Below, one piece after another: positions 27,063 to 32,000 of a DNA stretch of 32,000 bases. The position numbers and the translations under genes were made by a program. The stretch's first letter is position 1. Every line of letters starts with the position of its first letter. This DNA comes from Candidatus Iainarchaeum sp. (GTDB lineage: Archaea; Iainarchaeota; Iainarchaeia; Iainarchaeales; CSSED10-239): assembly GCA_037441475.1 (NCBI GenBank), contig JBBISB010000001.1:6418-38417 (forward strand), given 5' to 3'. The notes below the pieces were generated by a model. The model did no database searches, was not told the DNA's origin, and saw nothing but the letters and a program-made list of their open reading frames with translations.

Positions 27063-27770
27063 TTGATTATGATGGAATTTAAAAACTCTCTAAAAATACC
27101 TTACCTAAGGTTTAATTTTTTAATAATAATAATAGTGTTAGCTCTTTTAACTATCTTAGGCTCAACAGCTTCTTTTATATCTATTATCTTAGCTTCTTTT
27201 TTAACTATAGGGCTTATTGGTGCAAATATCTTATCTACACTTAAACATTATGATTCTAAAACTATTCTTAAAATATTAGAATTATCAATAGTATATTTTG
27301 TAGCATCTTTAATTTTTATTTTCTTGCAAGCAATATTTGCAGCAATTTTTTTAATTCCAGTTTTCTTTTTAAAATCAAGTATTGATATTAACAATATTAG
27401 TTCCTTTAACTCAGGAATGTTAATTGTAATATTATTATTTTTAATAATCATCTTTGGTTTATTAGTCTTAGAGTTTATTAAAAATATTGGTTATTTAAGG
27501 TATTTAAAATCTAAGAAGTTTGAAGACTTCTTTTCTTTTAAGAAAAATATAAAAGTAATCTTTACTCATAACTTCTTAGTTGCTTTTTTATTTTTGACAG
27601 GATATTTAGTAGTTTTAACCATGTCCTTAATATTAGTTTTATCTTTCTTAAGTTTAATACTTCCTTCTTTAAGTAACTATTTTATAGGTATATTTATTGT
27701 ATTTACTTACTATTTATTTACATCTGCATCATTTATTACCTTTAATGAGGTTTATAGAGCACATAAATAG
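27063..27770 (+). CDS. Polytopic integral membrane protein of unknown function
   Basis: 235 aa with about six hydrophobic segments. Confidence 0.8.
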   Translation: MIMMEFKNSLKIPYLRFNFLIIIIVLALLTILGSTASFISIILASFLTIGLIGANILSTLKHYDSKTILKILELSIVYFVASLIFIFLQAIFAAIFLIPVFFLKSSIDINNISSFNSGMLIVILLFLIIIFGLLVLEFIKNIGYLRYLKSKKFEDFFSFKKNIKVIFTHNFLVAFLFLTGYLVVLTMSLILVLSFLSLILPSLSNYFIGIFIVFTYYLFTSASFITFNEVYRAHK

Positions 27771-27802
27771 CTTTATAAACTATTTTTATCTTTATTTTAT
27801 AT

Positions 27803-28098
27803 ATAGTGGTTTATGTTTAGCACATCTTTATTTATTAAAGCAATTTAATAAAAAGGATGAGGAAGGTCCGCTCACTAAAAAACACTTTTAAAAAAGTCCT
27901 TAATGGGACTTTAGCATGCCTGAACAGAAACAAGACGGTTCTTTTCCTTTTAAAAACCTGTGATGTGTAGAACTGAGGGGAGAAGAAAGAGGCTGAAATC
28001 CTAGCAGGTAGCTAAAAAATTGGTGCAAGGAGATTTTAATATCTCCGCTTAGATTAATTGCTATTAGATACAGAAAGCGGCTTATAGTAAACCACTAT
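27803..28098 (+). ncRNA. rnpB: RNase P RNA
   Basis: Conserved gaggaaggtccgctc, acagaaacaagacgg, gatacagaaagcggcttatag; outer helix P1 atagtggttta (27803-27813) pairs with taaaccactat (28087-28097). Confidence 0.9.
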
Positions 28099-28123
28099 TA
28101 ATTATTTAAAAGGGTTAAGTAAA

Positions 28124-28798
28124 ATGCGATATAAAAGACCAGCTGGATATAGAACTCCACATGAAATTATAGAAAGCGTAAAAGATATTTCTAAACGTGA
28201 AATATCATTTGGTAAAAATAAAGGTCCTTTAAACGAAATTTCTGAGAATTCTAAAAAAAGAGAAGGACATAGAGTTTTTAAAAATAAACAAGATTATGAT
28301 TATAATCTACATAATCATATAATCAAAAGATATTTATTTAGTAAAAAAGCAAAATTATCTGCTAGCTATTCAGTTTTTCCATCAACACAGGATTTAGTTA
28401 GTGTTTATTCTTCTTATTTAAAAACTGGTAAAATTAGTTCAGATATAATTTCAATTATAAAAAATAAAAAAGAAATTGGAAGAGTTCATTTTCATATAGA
28501 TAAATTTTTATTAAATTTTGAAAAAAGTTTATTAGAAATTAAAAGATATCTTGCAGAGAAAAATACTAGTTTAAAAGATAAAGGTAGTCAAGATATGTTA
28601 AAAATAATCTATTTAAATTCTTTTTTAAGTTCTAAATTTTATGTTAAAGCAACTAAAAAAAGATCTATTTTAAATATTTTTAGTAGTAGAGGTTCATTAA
28701 CTTACTATCAATTATTAGAACCAAAACAATATTTTTCAGAATTAATAAAAATTGGTCTTGTTATAAAACATGTTCCAATGCCTGGTTATGTTTTGTAA
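28124..28798 (+). CDS. Hypothetical protein, divergent relative of 10211-10936 and 10923-11555
   Basis: FPSTQDLVSV...IISIIKNKKEIGRVHFHI and C-terminal F..LIKIGLVIKHVPMPGYVL resemble the shared motifs. Confidence 0.6.
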   Translation: MRYKRPAGYRTPHEIIESVKDISKREISFGKNKGPLNEISENSKKREGHRVFKNKQDYDYNLHNHIIKRYLFSKKAKLSASYSVFPSTQDLVSVYSSYLKTGKISSDIISIIKNKKEIGRVHFHIDKFLLNFEKSLLEIKRYLAEKNTSLKDKGSQDMLKIIYLNSFLSSKFYVKATKKRSILNIFSSRGSLTYYQLLEPKQYFSELIKIGLVIKHVPMPGYVL

Positions 28799-28835
28799 TC
28801 CTGAAAAATTAAATTTTGAAAAAAGGTAGAAAAGA

Positions 28836-29615
28836 ATGGTCGGTTTATTAAAAAATATATTTTCAAGAAAAAAACCAGTTGTCTCTATTGGTGAGATTAA
28901 TCCAAAACCAAAGGTTAAAAGAAAAGTTGTAAATGTTTCTGAAAAACAGTTAAGAGTTATAAAAATTAATGGAAAAACACAATTTTATTCTGTTAGGTTA
29001 AATGAACATGAACACTTACATCTAAGTGTTTTAGGTAAAAAGTTTGTAAAAGAACACCCTGAGATGATTAAATTTATTTCTGAAAATTTAAATAATAATT
29101 TTAAAAAATTAAACTTTGAAAATAAAAGCTTAAAATTAAAGTTAAAAAAATTTATTTCTGAAGATGGTCTTAATAATGAAAAATTATTAAAGATAGATTT
29201 GTTTTTAAAAGAAACTAAAGAAACTAAATCTTTTTTTCTAAAGGTTGCAGGAGAAGACTTTCTTGCAAAAAACGAATTTTTAGCAAACCAGGCTTTTCAA
29301 AAATATGGTATTAATACCATTAAACCACATTTTTCATTTACAAACACAAGTACAAGGAAAAGTGTTATTGTTTATGATTTTTCAAACCTTAAGACTGTTA
29401 AAGATTTATTATATGAAAATAAATTAACTTCTTTAGAAATTTTTGAAATTAATAAAAAATTATCTTCTATATATAATTCAAAAGCCTTACCTACATATGT
29501 CTACGATTACAATAAGAAAAATATATTTGATTTTAGATCTTTTAAAAATATTTTTGTAAAAAGAAATAAAGAAGGGGTTATAGAGCTTTATTTTACAGAT
29601 CTTGCAATATCTTAA
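28836..29615 (+). CDS. Hypothetical protein
   Basis: 259-aa ORF with normal coding character; pattern FLKVAGEDFLAKNEFLANQAFQKYGINTIKP resembles phosphotransferase or kinase-like proteins only loosely. Confidence 0.7.
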   Translation: MVGLLKNIFSRKKPVVSIGEINPKPKVKRKVVNVSEKQLRVIKINGKTQFYSVRLNEHEHLHLSVLGKKFVKEHPEMIKFISENLNNNFKKLNFENKSLKLKLKKFISEDGLNNEKLLKIDLFLKETKETKSFFLKVAGEDFLAKNEFLANQAFQKYGINTIKPHFSFTNTSTRKSVIVYDFSNLKTVKDLLYENKLTSLEIFEINKKLSSIYNSKALPTYVYDYNKKNIFDFRSFKNIFVKRNKEGVIELYFTDLAIS

Positions 29616-29653
29616 AGATAATTTTTTAATAATATTTTAAGGGAAATTTAAAT

Positions 29654-30235
29654 ATAGGGAAAATAACAACAATTACAGAGCCAATGTTTTCTGGAAAAAC
29701 AACTGAACTTTTAAGAATCAAGTCAAGAGAAGAGGTTGCAAAAAGACACTCCTTTGTTTTCAAACCTAAACTTGATGTGAGGTATTCAGATGTTTCTATA
29801 GTTAACCATAACGGTATTAAAGAAGAAGCGATATCTGTAGATTCTGCTTCTGAAATTTTAAAAAATGTAGAAGAGTATCTTTCTTCTGGCAGAAATAAAG
29901 AAATTCCTTTAATTAACATTTTTATAGATGAAGTTCAGTTTTTCACCTCTGATATCTTAGAGGTAATCTTAGAAATTTCAAAGAAAGGAATTAATGTCTT
30001 TTCTTGTGGTTTAAACCAAACCTTTGAAGGTAAGCCCTTTCCTTTTAAAGATAAAAAAGATCATATTGGAACATTAATGGCACTTTCAGATTATTTAGTA
30101 CACCTAGATGCTGTTTGTAATAACTGCGGAGAGGCTGCAACAAAAACCTATAGGTTAGGGGACTCTAAAGAGACTGTTATCTTAGGTGGTACTGAAAAAT
30201 ATCAAGCAAGATGTACAAAATGCTTTAAAAAATAA
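29654..30235 (+). CDS. tdk: Thymidine kinase (type II); annotated ATG at 29684 is probably internal
   Basis: MFSGKTTELL, FKPKLDVRYS, FIDEVQFF, SCGLNQTFEGKPFPF, CNNCGEAATKTYR, ARCTKC. In-frame IGKITTITEP precedes the ATG. Confidence 0.88.
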   Translation: MGKITTITEPMFSGKTTELLRIKSREEVAKRHSFVFKPKLDVRYSDVSIVNHNGIKEEAISVDSASEILKNVEEYLSSGRNKEIPLINIFIDEVQFFTSDILEVILEISKKGINVFSCGLNQTFEGKPFPFKDKKDHIGTLMALSDYLVHLDAVCNNCGEAATKTYRLGDSKETVILGGTEKYQARCTKCFKK

Positions 30236-30307
30236 ACCCCTCTAATAAAAGAAACAACAAAGGTTTATATTCTTTATCTACTATTAATATTTACAAATTA
30301 TATAAAT

Positions 30308-30703
30308 GTGATGATTACTATGGAAGACTATATTCAATTTACTTCAAATTTAAAAGATTTTAAAAAAGATACAAAAATTGTTTTAACACCTAAGACCAGT
30401 GATTTAGATGTTTTAAAATATTATTTATCTATTCAAGGGCCAATAAATAAAGAAGTTACTTTACTTTTAGAAAAAGCAATTAATGTTAAGAAATTAGAAA
30501 AAGATAATCTAAGTCTTTTTACTTTAAATGAAACTGATTTTTTAAAAGAATTAAACTCAAAGGTTATGAAAAAGAAAATAAATGAAATTTTAGAAGATTA
30601 TAAAAAAGATCAAAAAAAAGCTTTATATAGTTCTTGTAAAGTTTATCTTTTAGAAAAGTATTTTTCAAAAAAAGAAGTCTTTCCTTCAATGCATAAAATG
30701 TGA
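30308..30703 (+). CDS. Hypothetical protein, first of a tandem related pair
   Basis: 131-aa ORF similar in layout to the next one (F.S..K(D/E)(F/Y)K...K(I/V)...P...(D/E)(L/M)DVL(K/E)(Y/F)). Confidence 0.65.
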   Translation: MMITMEDYIQFTSNLKDFKKDTKIVLTPKTSDLDVLKYYLSIQGPINKEVTLLLEKAINVKKLEKDNLSLFTLNETDFLKELNSKVMKKKINEILEDYKKDQKKALYSSCKVYLLEKYFSKKEVFPSMHKM

Positions 30704-30709
30704 ATAGTT

Positions 30710-31147
30710 ATGGATGAAACAATTAATTTTATATCAAGTACAAAAGAGTACAAGGCTGTTAAAAAAATGAAAGTTATTCCTGGTGTTAAGGAAATGGATG
30801 TTTTAGAGTTTTTAGTGTCTGTAGAAGTTACTACAAACTTACAGATAAATAGACTTCTTGAAAAAATGGTTGATATCACAAGCTTTAATTTAGAGGTTTC
30901 TAAGTTATTTACAAAAGATGCAACTTCTTTTATAAAAGAGATTAATTCATCTGCTTTTGCAAAAAACATTGAAAAGACTATTAATGATACTTATAAACAA
31001 AATAAAGAACTTTTGGATGTTTTAAAGTCCTATTCTTTAAATAAATACTTATTACATAACAAGATTATGGAAGAAGATGCTGTTGGTTATTACAAAATAT
31101 TGTTTCCTGCAAGAAAGAAGCAACTAAAGAAGGCTATCTTAAAATAG
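30710..31147 (+). CDS. Hypothetical protein, second of a tandem related pair
   Basis: 145-aa ORF starting 6 nt after its neighbour ends. Confidence 0.65.
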   Translation: MDETINFISSTKEYKAVKKMKVIPGVKEMDVLEFLVSVEVTTNLQINRLLEKMVDITSFNLEVSKLFTKDATSFIKEINSSAFAKNIEKTINDTYKQNKELLDVLKSYSLNKYLLHNKIMEEDAVGYYKILFPARKKQLKKAILK

Positions 31148-31191
31148 TTTTGTTTAAATATGTTTTGCTAATATATTACATAGTAAGTAGG

Positions 31192-31320
31192 CCCCCCTTA
31201 GCATAGCGGTCTAGTGCGTCCGGCTGTAGACATTTTAGATTTATACTAAAATTAAAGAGATTTATTTCTCTTTTAATGGCGGTAACCGGAAGATCCCCAG
31301 TTCAAATCTGGGAGGGGGGA
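31192..31320 (+). tRNA. tRNA-Tyr (GTA) with an intron of about 55 nt after position 37
   Basis: CCCCCCT acceptor (archaeal tRNA-Tyr C1-G72), TCCGG CTGTAG / intron about 31230-31284 / A CCGGA, CCCAG TTCAAAT CTGGG. Confidence 0.9.
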
Positions 31321-31423
31321 TATTTTTCCTTATTCTTTTAAAACAAATATTTATAAATCCTTTAAGTGTATATACTAATATATTTATACATATTTGTATT
31401 TTTATTGAATTTAATGTGATAAA

Positions 31424-31990
31424 ATGAAAGTATATATTATACATGGATGGGGAGCAAACCCTAAATCAGATTGGTTTCCTTATTTAAAAGAAAAATTAAA
31501 AGAAAGAGGTTATTTAGTATTAGTTCCAATAATGTCTGACACAGATAATCCTAAGATTAAACCCTGGGTTTCTAAATTAGAATCCTTAAAGGTTACAGAA
31601 AAAACAATATTTGTTGGACACTCTGTGGGCTGTCAAACTATCTTAAGGTTTTTAGAAAAATATAATGGAAAAGTAGGCAAAGTAATTTTAGTTGCTACTT
31701 GGATGACTATTAATAAAAATAATTTAGATGAAAATGAAGAGTGGTCAATTGCAAAACCATGGGCTGAGACTTTAATTGATTTTAAAAAAGTTAAAGATAA
31801 AGCTAAAGAGTTTATTGTGATTTATTCGCAAGACGATCTTTATGCAATTTTAAAAGATATTAAAAAATTAATAAAAACATTAAATGCAAAAGAAGTAAAT
31901 GTTGGAAAAAAAGGACATCTCTGCACTGGTGATGGAGTCACTACTCTTCCTGAAGCTTTAAAATTTTTTAAAAAAATAAAAAAAGAATGA
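31424..31990 (+). CDS. RBBP9/YdeN-like alpha/beta hydrolase
   Basis: VYIIHGWGANPKSDWFPYLKEKL, FVGHSVGCQTILRFL, DDLYA, KKGHLC. Confidence 0.88.
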   Translation: MKVYIIHGWGANPKSDWFPYLKEKLKERGYLVLVPIMSDTDNPKIKPWVSKLESLKVTEKTIFVGHSVGCQTILRFLEKYNGKVGKVILVATWMTINKNNLDENEEWSIAKPWAETLIDFKKVKDKAKEFIVIYSQDDLYAILKDIKKLIKTLNAKEVNVGKKGHLCTGDGVTTLPEALKFFKKIKKE

Positions 31991-32000
31991 AATAATTATG

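Noticed and set aside
27697-27891. 64-aa ORF
   Set aside because: Overlaps the end of the membrane protein gene and the 5' part of RNase P RNA.

Overview
AT-rich window from an archaeal chromosome. It carries an archaeal 16S rRNA, an RNase P RNA, four tRNAs (one with an intron at 37/38), FEN1 with a PIP box, an L40e-like protein, and diphthamide and deoxyhypusine synthases. The small genes and bacterial-type UvrB/UvrC suggest a DPANN-like lineage (inference). Most of it is housekeeping. The accessory signal is in two forms. (1) Eroded or disrupted genes: mnmA frameshifted and fused to an ABC-permease tail; a sugar-binding-protein C-terminal fragment; a RelE-like toxin with TAA and TGA in an otherwise open frame beside an intact winged-helix partner, the pair bracketed by an exact 15-bp direct repeat; a PspC gene and an unknown alpha-helical gene broken by frameshifts; an amber codon in a gene coupled by ATGA overlap to a metallophosphoesterase. 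(2) Unknown families: three related proteins at 10.2-11.6 kb and 28.1 kb, a tandem pair at 30.3-31.1 kb, a hypothetical gene inside a polyamine/hypusine cluster, and a cysteine-rich 51-aa peptide. An intact DUF2683/RelE-type toxin-antitoxin pair and a stand-alone encapsulated-ferritin-like protein are also present. I found no CRISPR array, transposase or clear prophage. Family names come from recognising protein motifs, not from database searches.
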